Program-made: the position numbers and the translations under genes
The notes under the pieces: generated by a model
What the model saw: only the letters and a program-made list of their open reading frames with translations
Databases searched by the model: none
Told to the model about the DNA's origin: nothing
In this document: positions 24,951 through 36,921 of the stretch, in pieces
Layout: each line of letters begins with the position of its first letter
Numbering within the stretch: position 1 is the first letter of the stretch
Assembly: GCA_965644265.1 (NCBI GenBank)
Contig: OZ286459.1
Span: 59,644,001 to 59,708,000 of the forward strand
Direction: 5' to 3'
DNA from: Glycera tridactyla
Lineage: Eukaryota
Length of the DNA: 64,000 nucleotides

Positions 24951-27900
24951 GTGAGAGAAAGGTCCCGGCTGACGGTCATCGCAACTACTTGTTAATGGTG
25001 ATCACGTTGAGCACTCTGGTCGTCGCTGCCACCACCACTTGGACGCCATGCACTTGTGCTATGTTCGCTGCATTGCAGATGCCTTTTACCCGTCCATCAT
25101 TTCAGACTTAGAACAAAGTGGATGTCTTCTTTTCTCCTCCTGAGCAGCCTGTCAAAATAGATTTCATAATTCTTTCAAAATTTTTACTTACCTTTTTTTC
25201 CTCACTTGGAGTTTTCCATTACTCGACAGATTTGGTCGCACTAAATCCTGACTTTGTAGGGCTAAATTGTCAGTAGCTTTCTATGTCAGAAAAATCTACC
25301 GTATTCTGCTGAATAGTTACACCAGCCCAAGAACTAACATCATTGGGTGTGAGTGTGTCAATTATTGTTCTTTCTCTTGCCCAGTAGGTTAGTGCTTGTC
25401 AATTACAATCATTCTAGAGATTGCACCAGACCATTGCCGTGACGAATGCGTATCAAAGACTGTCAAAGCGCTCTTGTTTTGAATGAACAACTTCATCGGT
25501 GAAATCTGCGGCAAAAAAATAGTCTGGTTTCAACTTTTGGCGAGAAATCATGAATTCATTAGTGTTGGAAATGGAAAAAGAGGGTGTTTAGCAGGCCCAT
25601 CAGTTCAGAAGAATATGGTTCATTTTATACAAACTGCCAGCATTTATAGAATTTCTGTGGCAGGGATATCAACCTCTGATGAACAAGAATAGTACTTATT
25701 ACAATTTTGAATCATCAAAGGTTGGGATCTCTGCTGTGGGAGTTTCAGAAGTGTTGGCTACCCAATGGGAGCCAAATCATGGGCTCATCAGTGAGTTGGT
25801 GACCAACAGGGAATCTGTTGTGATGACTTGGGTTCCTGACTAAACTCTAGAAATGTCAAGTATTGGTTTAACATCAGTGTCTCTTTAAGTTTTTATCTGT
25901 TGCAACATGAGGAGACATTGTCAATCTCACCTGCCCTCCAAAAGAATTTGGCAAATTTGCCTTGTCTATTCAAGCAAAGTAGTCCTGATCTTTTACATCT
26001 GTTCATCATGTGTGGCAAATCAAGACCATGTATGAACATGAAGCTGGCCAGGCAGGTGGACCACAATGCCTTCTCACTCTGAGTTGTCATTCTTACAATG
26101 CTCGACTAATTTTGTTCTACAGGCATGCTGGGTGTTTTTCTTGCCAGCTCTCTTAGTTAAGTCTTGAAGCCATCCACTTTAAACTGGTTGAAGGAAGCAC
26201 TTTTATCGTCACATTTGTTTTTCAGCGAATGCCTACAGATATTGTCATGCCCTTGAAATATAATGGCACCAGGCAGTGACTCCAGTGCCATTATTTGCAT
26301 CTTTGTAATCCACACCTGATTGTATTTAGACATTATTATTTGAAAATTATATACTCAGATGGCGGTGTGTGCAGTGTGGCTTATTAAAACTGAGGCTTTC
26401 GAATACAGATATTGGTTGATTAGTGATTGTCTCTTTGAAAGATTATGTCACTTGTTGCTTCTGAAACTTGAAACTTTCCACACCGGGAGTGGGACACCTG
26501 TTGGAGAAATATAAGTATTAGCTAATTTGTGAAAGTGACGCCTGCGGGGGACAGCATCTTGCCTTCATAGACCAAGAACACATGGCAGAGATAATCGTTT
26601 TGGTTGACACATGCCATTAAACCTCAGCCAAACCAAACTGATCCACAATAATTGACATTGACTTGTGTCTTTCGCAATATGACAGTTGTGATTGGTTGCC
26701 TTGTGTCCCTCATGTCTGAATGTGTAGATGAGGAATACCCATGTGGTTCACATAACGGGGCAATTCTGAGTCCAGCATGTAGTGTGATTGACTTCTCCTA
26801 CCATCAAATGCATGGGGCAGTTTCAGCAATATCCATGTATTATCAAAATTGGAGTAAGTTCACTTAGTTGCCATTAATGTCTTCTAAAATCATAGTAATC
26901 AGGCGTACTTTCTTCAATCTTCCAATCTTTCTGGATATCTGCGAAATGGTTGCCCCAGTACTTGAGAGACCTGTGCTATGATTGATGGATATTTGCGGAT
27001 CGCTGCATGTGATGCTTCTCCTACAGTAGAATCCAAATCTCAACCCATCCAACTTTGCGCTTTCACCTTCCCAGCCTCTCCTATATTATATTAGATGCCT
27101 GCGATCTACTAACTCAACCCAGATTATGAAAGATGGGGAACCCTGCACATAGCAATAAAATCATATCATTTAATCTAATAAGAAATGTCCATTTTTTCTT
27201 TGGTATCAGGTATCGGCATCGTTGAGAAATGATTGCTTATAGTTTACTCTCCACCTCAGTGATTCTCCAAAATATAGCTTTCTCTAGCTGCCAAATACTG
27301 ATGATTCTGTATTTCAGGACAGTGCTTGACACTACGGCCTGTCTACTTGCTTAGACAGACAGATCAATGGGTAGGGCTAGTAATTTTTACAGTCTGCCGG
27401 CCCGATTGACAGGTACATCACCAGTATTTATTTAGCCCATGCGTATATGCATGAGGGTAGTGAAAATGTAAGGGAGGGCAGGTAAATATCCCACCTCAAC
27501 TGCCTCAAGGAGAACTGAAGAAAAAATCTGATGTAGGGCCGTGCAGGGTCATAAAACTTTATGCATATTTCATCAGACTTTTCAAAGGACTTTTGGCTGG
27601 CTTTGACATGGATGGAGGGTGATACAGGGACATAGGTATAGTGGGGTACTTTCAGGAAATTTGATCGGGTTTCAGGAAATTCATGCGGTGGCATCAATGA
27701 CCCAAAATATTCAGGCTTGCAACTTACTATTGAATGGATAGATGGGTACTTTTGGATAATTTACCAAATTTTTAGGAATTTTGTCAGTTGTCTGTGAAAG
27801 GGCTATCATAGTTTTACAAAAAACTGGAGGATTATTGCAGGTTTCTTGAATATTGAACATATTTTTTAGCCTATGAGTGCATATCTATGGTGGTGCCATG

Positions 27901-28832
27901 AAAGGGACCCAGTTTCAAATCTACATCAGGAAATCAGATGATTTCTGAGATTGTTATCCATACATTTCAGTGTTATATCATTCTCATTCCAACAGAAATG
28001 GTTCTTTGGAGATAAATAGGGAATAGGCACATGCACTTGTTCACTTAGGCAGGGTATTGTTTTGACAAAGATCGGACCCTTTTACTTATCATTACAAAAG
28101 TGAGTCACACTATGGTGTTAGGATTCCTTCCTTCTGGCTCTATATCTTTCTGAGGCTGGTAGTATAGAAAAGATATTCCTTCAGCAGATTTTTATGTGCC
28201 AGTTGGGCACGTCCTTTGAGCTTATCTGACCAGGAAGTGAGGACTTGCTGAATGTCGGTGGTTGGCAATGTTCACTATTTGGTGGTGGTTGAAGAATGTA
28301 TGCAGTGTATTGGTGCAGATTTAGGGTGGTTCTGCACCCTTCTTCGATATTTGGTACAAGACTGAGTGTATGGTCGTTATCCTTTCAGTAATTCTGCCCT
28401 TATTTGCAGAAATCATGTTTTGGTTCTAGATTTATGTATTATTTTGGACGATCAATTCCCTCCTGTTCTGCCCTGTGCGAGGAATGTTTCATATTCCAGT
28501 ATGTTCTGCCGCATTTCAAAAGCCTCCTGCACATGTTTGACCTACTCAAGAGTGCAAATGGTGGAGGGTAAAGTGTAGAAGTAAAGGGCACGCTCCAATA
28601 TCTGTAGGCATCTTATACAGGGATAGCAACATTGATTATTTCTTGTTGATGTTGTGTAACCATGATACTAACTTTTCCTTTACCTGCCAATTTCACTAGG
28701 GCTCCCCTGACTTGGATGACAATGGTCGTATCGAACTGATCATGGCTTCTTAGCACCTGCTTGCTCTCACAGGTGTATTGCACCATAATCTTGATGGCTT
28801 ATTATGACATCTCTCTGATGTTATAATTGCAG

Positions 28833-28939
28833 GGTCACTGCAGATGAAACGAGTAAAATTCAATTCAAACTTAGAACATGAGAAAATTAACAACTTCAAA
28901 GTGCTACAGGCGTCATTTGGTCGCATGGGGGTAGATAAG
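28833..28939 (+). CDS. MAPRE1: EB1/MAPRE coding exon 3b ([36 protein letters not shown]), 107 nt, duplicated alternative to 3a
   Basis: Same length and phases as 3a, 22/35 aa identical, many synonymous third-position differences, acceptor ataattgcag, donor aag|gtaggt, no stops. Confidence 0.92.
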
Positions 28940-31900
28940 GTAGGTGGATCTCTGAGTCGGTTGTTGTGAGATCTTACTAGTTATCCACCATCACCACCCG
29001 GTTCTTATACCGGTATGTGCTGTTGCTGCCGCTGTTGCTTGCTCGCTGTTGTGTGCACAGCAGAGAGTTAGTGCACCAAACCATTTAAAAAGCTCAAATT
29101 AATTTTCACACATCAGCATCATACTGGGTTTTTTGCCTTCGATGTTGTTCTTTGTGTTGTGCTCAAGCTATACTGTGTGAGTTAATTTTTTTCCCCTAAT
29201 TTTAACATTCATAAATTTGTGAATTCTGCTGCACGTTAATTGTGTGTGGATCAATGAATAGCTGATATATCACAGACATGGTTATCAGTAAACCATTGCA
29301 ACCATGTAGATTAATGGCCAGGCACCTTAACTGTAAATATACCAGTAGTTAGTTTTCAAGATACATGTCCTTATATAATTTGTAGTACAATGATATAGGT
29401 ACTTTGTCAGTGTGGTTAATGTGAGACTTTGTGTTTGTCAGTGTGGGCCAGGAAATATTGTTGGCTGATTATTCTAAGTTATGCACAGATATTAGCTAGA
29501 TATGGCTTTATATTATACGAGTTGTGCATGTTTCATGTTGACCTTTGGTCAGTTTTCATGGCTTCCATGAAAGCGGTCAGCTGTTCTTTCAGTAGTTTGT
29601 TTCTTGTCGAGATCACAGACATATATTTGCTTGATTTACTTGAAATCGTTTTTAATCCATACCAGTTTTTTAGTTAGTAAGCAGAGTTTTGCCATTTAAT
29701 TCTTCTGCATATATATGCACTCCCTAGTTTGGATATCATTGTCACTTAATGGTAGTGTTTAATCCCATTGTACTAGCAAGGAAGTAGCAGTCACATGATT
29801 GATGAATGCTACATATAGGGAGAGAAGGAATTGTTGCACTCTGACTGCATGCTTCAAGACCTCACATCTTGTTCTTCCATCTATAACATGGATTCTCATT
29901 ATTGATTATGGGCATATGCAACCCAGAAGTTTGAGTCCATTTTATGATTCAGTATCTCAAAAGTAGCTGATTGAAATTCAAGTAGACTGCTTTATGTTGG
30001 ATAGGATGACATAGTAAGCGACTTGTTTGCTGGTGGCGTGATTCTCTGCATGGTGGTTTTCAGTCCTCCAATCATCTCCTGTGTTCAGGTGGTATTATCA
30101 TCCCATGGTGCAGCATTGGTGTCATTTGAATTCAAAGACTAGCCAACATTATTATCATTTTCTCATTTCATAGGTGTCCAGGTGAGCTAGATACTTGTGA
30201 AGTTCTTGGTGTTTTTAAATTGGCAAGTTGTTGGGCAAGTTGTTGATTCTAGGACTGTGTACCATACCATGGTGGTCAGATATTCAAATTCATACAAAAC
30301 ATTGGGATGACTGAGGAAAGTATTTGAACTATATGTATAAGAGTGTGCAGGCAGTGCTGCGAAATTACAGATAGGCTACATTTCCATGTATGTGGAGATA
30401 GTTTTGAGTGTTCAAGGTACTGACCTTCTGCTATTAATATGCATTTGAGTCAATTTTTTTATTCCATGCAAGTAAAGTGTTTGATGAAGTAGACCACCTG
30501 ATCATTAGTTGGCAGTTGTTTCACCACTTTATGGAAAACCTCATTAGACATATCCAAATATACATCCGGGGAGAGACTGCATTCTTCGGACCTTTTCCAC
30601 TGGCATTTTGTTTTGTTTTGTTGCCTCGACTAGTCCATCCAAGTACTACCCAAGCTTACTAAATGTGCTTAACCCATATGCATAGAAGGCAGCTACATTT
30701 AAGGAATTGAAGCTTTTAGGCATTGCGTGTGTTTGTGTTTGTATGGTAGTTTTCACGATCGTTCCTACATACAGTATGCATGCACCCTGTACCGAGACAA
30801 TCTTACGAACTTTGATCATCCCATTAGTTTGGAATCTGATTAACCACCAGGTTCTCTGTTCCGAACGAACAATCTGTACCTGTCTCAGGGCAAAAAGAAA
30901 TAGCCTCACACCTGCCTGGATCAGGTAGATTTCCAAGATGGGCAGGTTGAGTTTTGATGACCTGCCTGGTGGGAGGGAAGGAAAATGATGATGAATGCAA
31001 TGAATATAATAAGAAGAGGCTGAATGTTGGAAGGTGGCAAGCTCTGGTAGATTAGAGAAATAGGCGTCCACTGCAGGTGGATGTTTTTGACGTCTTCACA
31101 TCCTGCTGTGAGTAATAAATTACTATCACTCATAAGATTTTTGAAGAGGTGATATTATTTGAGGGAGTGCTGTCTGAGGATGTGATGGTGTATCCTATAT
31201 TGTGAGATGCATGTGACCTAGTTAGTGTATGTGTCGTGTGAACAGCTGGGATCTATAATGATTGACTGGAGGAGTGTGTGCATCTCACTTCACTTCCTCC
31301 TTTATCACTACCCAAGGCATCCCAAAGTGCCATCGGAAAACTAGTCTTTCCTTTCTTCAGTGATGCCACTTCCTAGGAAATTTCACAGAAATATAAATCC
31401 AGAAGCTTCTAAATCAAGCTGATTGGAGGTCTTCACATAGAAATTGATCTCATTTAGGAAATGCATGTATGTGTCCGAGTTCAATGGTTTCAGTGCATCA
31501 TACCTTCAGATACTGTTGATTTGCTTACCAGTCAGATGGGGGGGGGGGGGGGGGGATATACTTGTGAAAAAATAATAGTTGAAATTCAGGTGAATGCCCC
31601 AGGGATGCACATATTTGGACAAGACTGCCAGGACACTATATTGGACTTTCGCAAAATATGAAATTCTCAGTATCCTGTGGTTGAAGGATGGCAACATATT
31701 CAGTGGACAGGAACTGGATTGGAGACCATTCCATCATTTTTTTTGTGAAGATCTTTCAGCATCAGATAATTTCTAAATGCATGGGGTGTGCATGTTGATG
31801 TGTGTCCTAGTTTTGCACCATTCCACAGTCAAGAAACTATTGTCTAATTGCATGTCATTAACTATTATGCAAGTGTTTTACAATTGATATGACTGAATTG

Positions 31901-32530
31901 TATAAGCTCCTAAGTACCTTACGTATGTGGTCACCACTGGTTCCCTTCAGCTTACGATGCATTCCCTCATTCAATATTTGTAGATTCTTCATCACTGTAG
32001 CTACTTATTGTCTTTTGTTGAATTTCTCTAATTTGTTCAATCAATTCAGTATTTTTTCACGTGCAGAATGAGGTAATATTTGTAGTGAATCATTTTTGTA
32101 CTAGATCTTGATCAGAACCCAACATCAAATTTGAGATATTAGGTACCTTGTTTTTATTATTAGCCTATTCATATAGAACCTGCAATGAGAGACCAACACT
32201 ATTGAAAGACCATTTCTATGGAAGATATTTTGCTAGTTGGAATAATCATATATAAATGCAAGTCACTTTTCGCTATCAATTGATATGGTCCTCTGGAATA
32301 TGCAGCTTTTGTGAAAAGTTTTCAGCCTTTATCAGACATGAATTTGCCCATTGTCTGACAGTCACTTGTTTATGTCAGACATATGGACTCACTCAGACAT
32401 GATTCCAGATCATGTCTGACAACTTGGTTCTTTTCTGGCGTGCCAGACGTCCAAAGTGTTTTGCAAACACTGAGAATACACATTTTACTCTTTGCTTTTT
32501 TCAAATAAATGATTCCTTATTTTATTGCAG

Positions 32531-32744
32531 ATAATTCCAGTTGAGAGATTAGTAAAAGCTCGATTTCAAGACAACTTTGAATTTGTACAATGGTTCAAGA
32601 AGTTCTTTGATGCCAACTATGACGGTCAGGAGTATGATGCGCTAGCTGTGCGAGGTGGTGAACCTTTGGCAGGCCCAAGCTCCATGAAGGCCGGCGCAAA
32701 AACTGCTGCACGACCTGCCATGCAACGACCTGCTGCCAAACCAG
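32531..32744 (+). CDS. MAPRE1: EB1/MAPRE coding exon 4 ([32 protein letters not shown]...PAAKP-)
   Basis: End of CH domain with conserved [19 protein letters not shown]; acceptor tttattgcag, donor ag|gtgggt; 214 nt, phase 0 to 1. Confidence 0.98.
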
Positions 32745-32845
32745 GTGGGTGTCGCTGTTACTATGAATATATCTAGGCTTACCTGCTACGTTTACATATA
32801 AAGGTGTTCTTGAATAATACTGACACAATCAAACCTGCCTATAAA

Positions 32846-35800
32846 CAGGGTTCGCACGCATCCTGGAATCGTGGAAAAGTTATGGAAAATTGCCAAATCA
32901 AATTCCAGGACTGGAAAGTTATGGAAAGCTAAAAATTTCCCGGAATGTCCTGGAAATGTCCTGGAATTTTGAAAAATTGCTGGTATTCTGTAACTTTGGT
33001 GATAGAAAGAATGGCAAAATCACGGCATCGTCGATGCGCCGCGATCGCGAATTTCAAATTAGATGTTGGAGTAAAACCTATCAGAGATTCTGTGAGATAC
33101 CAGTCTGCTGGTCATTTTGGTGTTTAGATTATGAAAATCGGACCAATATTAGCTGAGATATGACTCAAAATAGGCCGTTTGACAGCATGAGGAAGTTGTC
33201 AACTCACTGGCCACCATCGTGCCCTGCTAGATGGCAGTAGTGAGTGTGGGTAATTTCACCACTACTCACTAGGTGGCAGGCATATATTATCCAAAGAGAT
33301 TTGTAGGGAGCAGATGGCTGGAAGCATGCAGTGTACTGATTGTTATATTGATGCAAATTGGATAGCCATCCACCTGCCCCAGGGCAGGTAGATTATTCTA
33401 GCAGGCAGGTCAATTTCAATTTCACTTGCCCGATGGATGAGTGAAACAACATGAATTACTCTCATGAACACATCTCTAGATTTTCTGATAAGTTATGTAG
33501 CGGGCCCCTGTGATCCATGAAGTAGAAATATCATGGGCCATTACACAAAATGATGAACCATCTGCTATTCATCTGTGGTTAATAATGACAAAAAAGTTGG
33601 GCCATTCGACTCATAATAGGAATGTAAGTGGTCAAATGAGTGAAAATGAGAGTTGAGGACTCCTGCCCATCAACAATATAATGTTCTGCATAATCAGCCA
33701 AGGCAGTTGGATTTTTGGAGTAGGCAGATAGATTTTGAATGGACCAGCCCTGGACTAACGAATATGTTTCTTGTTTGTGAATGCTCGTCTGTAGTGGGGG
33801 TGGGACGATTCGCCGAAATTCCAATAATACAGATATTTTACCAGCGAAACGATTGTTTCGAAACCAAGAGGAGGATTTTGAAATACAAAGAAACACGCAA
33901 ATTGAGAGATGGGCCACGTCACGTACCTGTATTATCTGATGGGGGAGACATATAGAATTCGTTTTGTCCGTCTGTCCGTCTGTCTGTCACAAAACCTTGT
34001 GAGCACAATTGCAGCAAAACTACTCATCCGAATTAGATGAAATTTGGAGGGCATATCCCTTGGGATAGTCCAATGAACTGATTAGATTTTGGTCCATGTG
34101 ACATGATTTTCAAGATCACCAGAGGCCTAAATTCCACCAAAATTTCACCAAAGAGGTACCAACCTTAATTAAACTCAGTCTCTATTGTGACCTTCCCGAA
34201 ATGAACTACTTCTGTTGCCTCTCTATTAATGGTTATGTAAGATTCTTCCGGTCATACAATGCTCCTTAGTCATGCTTCAATGACTTCTCGTTGATTTCAT
34301 CTCCCCTCTCTCCTCAAACAAAGGCCCAGAATTAATTAACTCCCCCCCCCCCCCGTCGGTTCACTGGGGTGTGTATGTGTGTGCTCGGACATGTACATGC
34401 TCCATGTTGCTATGTGTGAATACCCCATGGCTACCATACTTGTAATATTGGTATCCAATTGCTGTTAGCAATTTGAGAGTTATGGCTAGCCACCCCCCCC
34501 TCACCCCCCTGTTGGTTGGGTGGGTGAAAGAAATGATGGTTTCCGGACAATAACTTCATGAAATTCAGGGCTAGCTGTCTCAAACTTTGTGTACCTCCTT
34601 TCCTAGCCTATGGATTTACATCTTGAATTTCAAGGTCACTGAGTGCAAAATGGTTTCCGGACAATAACTTCATGAGTTTCGGGGGGTAGCCTTCTCAAAC
34701 TTGGTGTACAGCCTCTCATAGACTATGGCAACACACCCATCCATTTTTCAGTGGCCATCTTCAATTTCAAGGTCACTTGATGGAAAAAAGGTCAAAAGAG
34801 TTTCTGGACAATCCCTTCATAAATTACAGGGGTGGATTTGACAAACTTGGTGTACAGACATTCCCAGGCTATGGCAAGATTTTGGGGTTGCCATCTCAGT
34901 GTGCATCTACAGGCTAGTGGTGATACACTGGTATGGTGCCAAAAGGTCTAAGGTCAAGGTCACAGGAGCTATTTCCAGAATTTGAGAATATGGACAAATC
35001 TCACTTGGTGAATTGTTCTAGTTTCCTGGGTCACTGATTAAGACCTGATCAAGAGCTTTCCTTGTCAGCAAGATTCCACTTAAACCCCTGACCCAAATTC
35101 AACTGAACGTCTCTTGATGCCTAGGCATATTCTCGAGGACAAATCCTACACAGAGACCCCCCCCCGTACCCCAGTACACCTTATACCCCAGGACACATTT
35201 TCATACTCATGACTAGGTATACTACATCATTGGTCACTCAAAGGATAGTTGTCAACCAATAATGTCTAGCTTTTCAGTGCGCATGCTCACTTGAAGATGA
35301 ATAAGCAAGCAGGTGGAGCCAGGCATGTATGCGGGTAGTGAATTATTCACAAAGTCTGGGGGAGACATATTGAGTGAGGAGGTGCCTCACTAAAATTCTA
35401 GTTTAGCATGGATAAACAGATGGAAGATCGCCATTTGTGGCGATTGCATCATTCCTCTAATATCGCCCAGTGGCGGTCGGAGACGAAGCCTCGCTGTAAT
35501 CTCGATTCTGATTGGCCAGTAGAATCAAAACTGCAAGCTCTCAGCCAATCAGCGGCCGCGATGCAAATCGTCCTCTTCGTTTCTAATAACCCGGTTTTGC
35601 GCGATCATATTTCTAATGGCCAAATAGCGACTGCCAATCAGCCATTAATATGATGCGAGAATACATCGTTTCATGAAAGAAACGTCTGAATTGTGGTAGA
35701 CAGCTCGAATAAGGGTGATTTGGCGGGCGCGTTAGTGACTATTGTGTCTCGTCCCAGCCCTAGTCTGTAGGAAGGATTGTGATGACTGAGATGTGCATTG

Positions 35801-35991
35801 AATCTCAAATTTGATACTGAATAAAAAGCTGAGAGCTTGTATTGGGTTAGATAATGAAATGTTTATACCAAAAAAAGGTGTAAATAACAGCTCATACAAG
35901 ATTCTTAGACCCTTTTGCATGTCCTGGAAAAATTCCTTGGTGTCCTGGAAAAGTTATGGAAAATAATTCTGCCAAACGTGTATGAACCCTG
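32846..35991. mobile_element. hAT-like CAGGGTTC-terminus element (ends with CCTGGAA repeats) with nested content; related ends at about 39020 and 57729
   Basis: CAGGGTTCGCAC at 32846 and GTATGAACCCTG at 35980-35991; shared TCCTGGAA/GTTATGGAAAA subterminal motifs; no matching TSD, so pairing of the two ends is uncertain. Confidence 0.5.
33940..35403 (+). mobile_element. Helentron-associated (DINE-1/HINE-like) non-autonomous element
   Basis: GGGGGAGACATAT near both ends, (GTCC/GTCT)n microsatellite at the 5' end, internal degenerate repeats anchored on TTC(C/T)GGACAAT, 3' hairpin GTGAGG..CCTCAC followed by AATTCTAGTT. Confidence 0.65.
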
Positions 35992-36921
35992 AATTGAAGA
36001 CCTTGGTTGCATCAAGAATAGGTCTTTTCAGATAAGTGGCCTTTAGATCAGCGCATCAGCTATAGCTAATCAATTGAGTCAAATGCTGAAGAAAAATCTG
36101 ATTTGCTAAAGTAATTTTCAATCCTTATGGCAGAAAGGTGGAAGTGCAGGTTTATTGTGGATGGATATTTTCTGCTATAGAAATTGATTTGGCATAAGAA
36201 TGCCATGAGTTTTCCATGTTTTATGAACTGATTCAATGAAATGCTTTGATTCAAATATAGTGCTTTCTGGATTGCTAAAATTATTCCCATTTTGCTAAAA
36301 TCATTTGCTAAAAGATTTTCCTTCCTAGAGGGAACCTAGAGACAGCGGTGTATATTGATATTGTTAGCTGTCCTTAGACCAGATAAAGTGGAATTCTCAC
36401 CTGCCCATCTCAATATTTTCACCTGCCTCCCTGTATATTATCATAGTCTGGATTATGATGATGTACCTGTCCTAACATTGGATTCAGCTGTTTGTGCCTG
36501 CAGGGCAGGCCCTAGTGTAGAGCCATGTAGTAGTGCAGACACTGCTTGAGGTGATCTTAATAGGAAAAAGTGGCTTTTGTGTAGAGCGAGCCTTCAGTAG
36601 ATCTGACCGGATATTCTTTTTAATTGACTGAAAAGTTGTTGATTGCTCCATCCGCTCTAAATTCTCATTAGATGGAAGGCACCACCATCCTCTGTCACAT
36701 GACCAGCATCAATGTGATTGATGAAGTCTGTGTGCCGAATCTAGCCAGTCATAACTGACTACTGCAGCTAGGAGGAAATGAGTGTGCACACAAAGAAGGA
36801 AACATTCTTAAAATATCATGTATTGTCTGACAGTAAACAACCACTATATAGAGGCCAGTTTTGGTGTGAGTGAGGGTGATCTTTGTGGATAGGTGATTGT
36901 ATCTTGAGAAAAATGTATGTA

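Noticed and set aside
24515-24979. 154-aa minus-strand ORF
   Set aside because: Antisense shadow overlapping exon 3a; no recognisable domain.
21129-32530. A third full copy of exon 3
   Set aside because: Scanned by eye for LEHE/NFK/VDK-like coding with splice sites and found only two; a very diverged copy could be missed.
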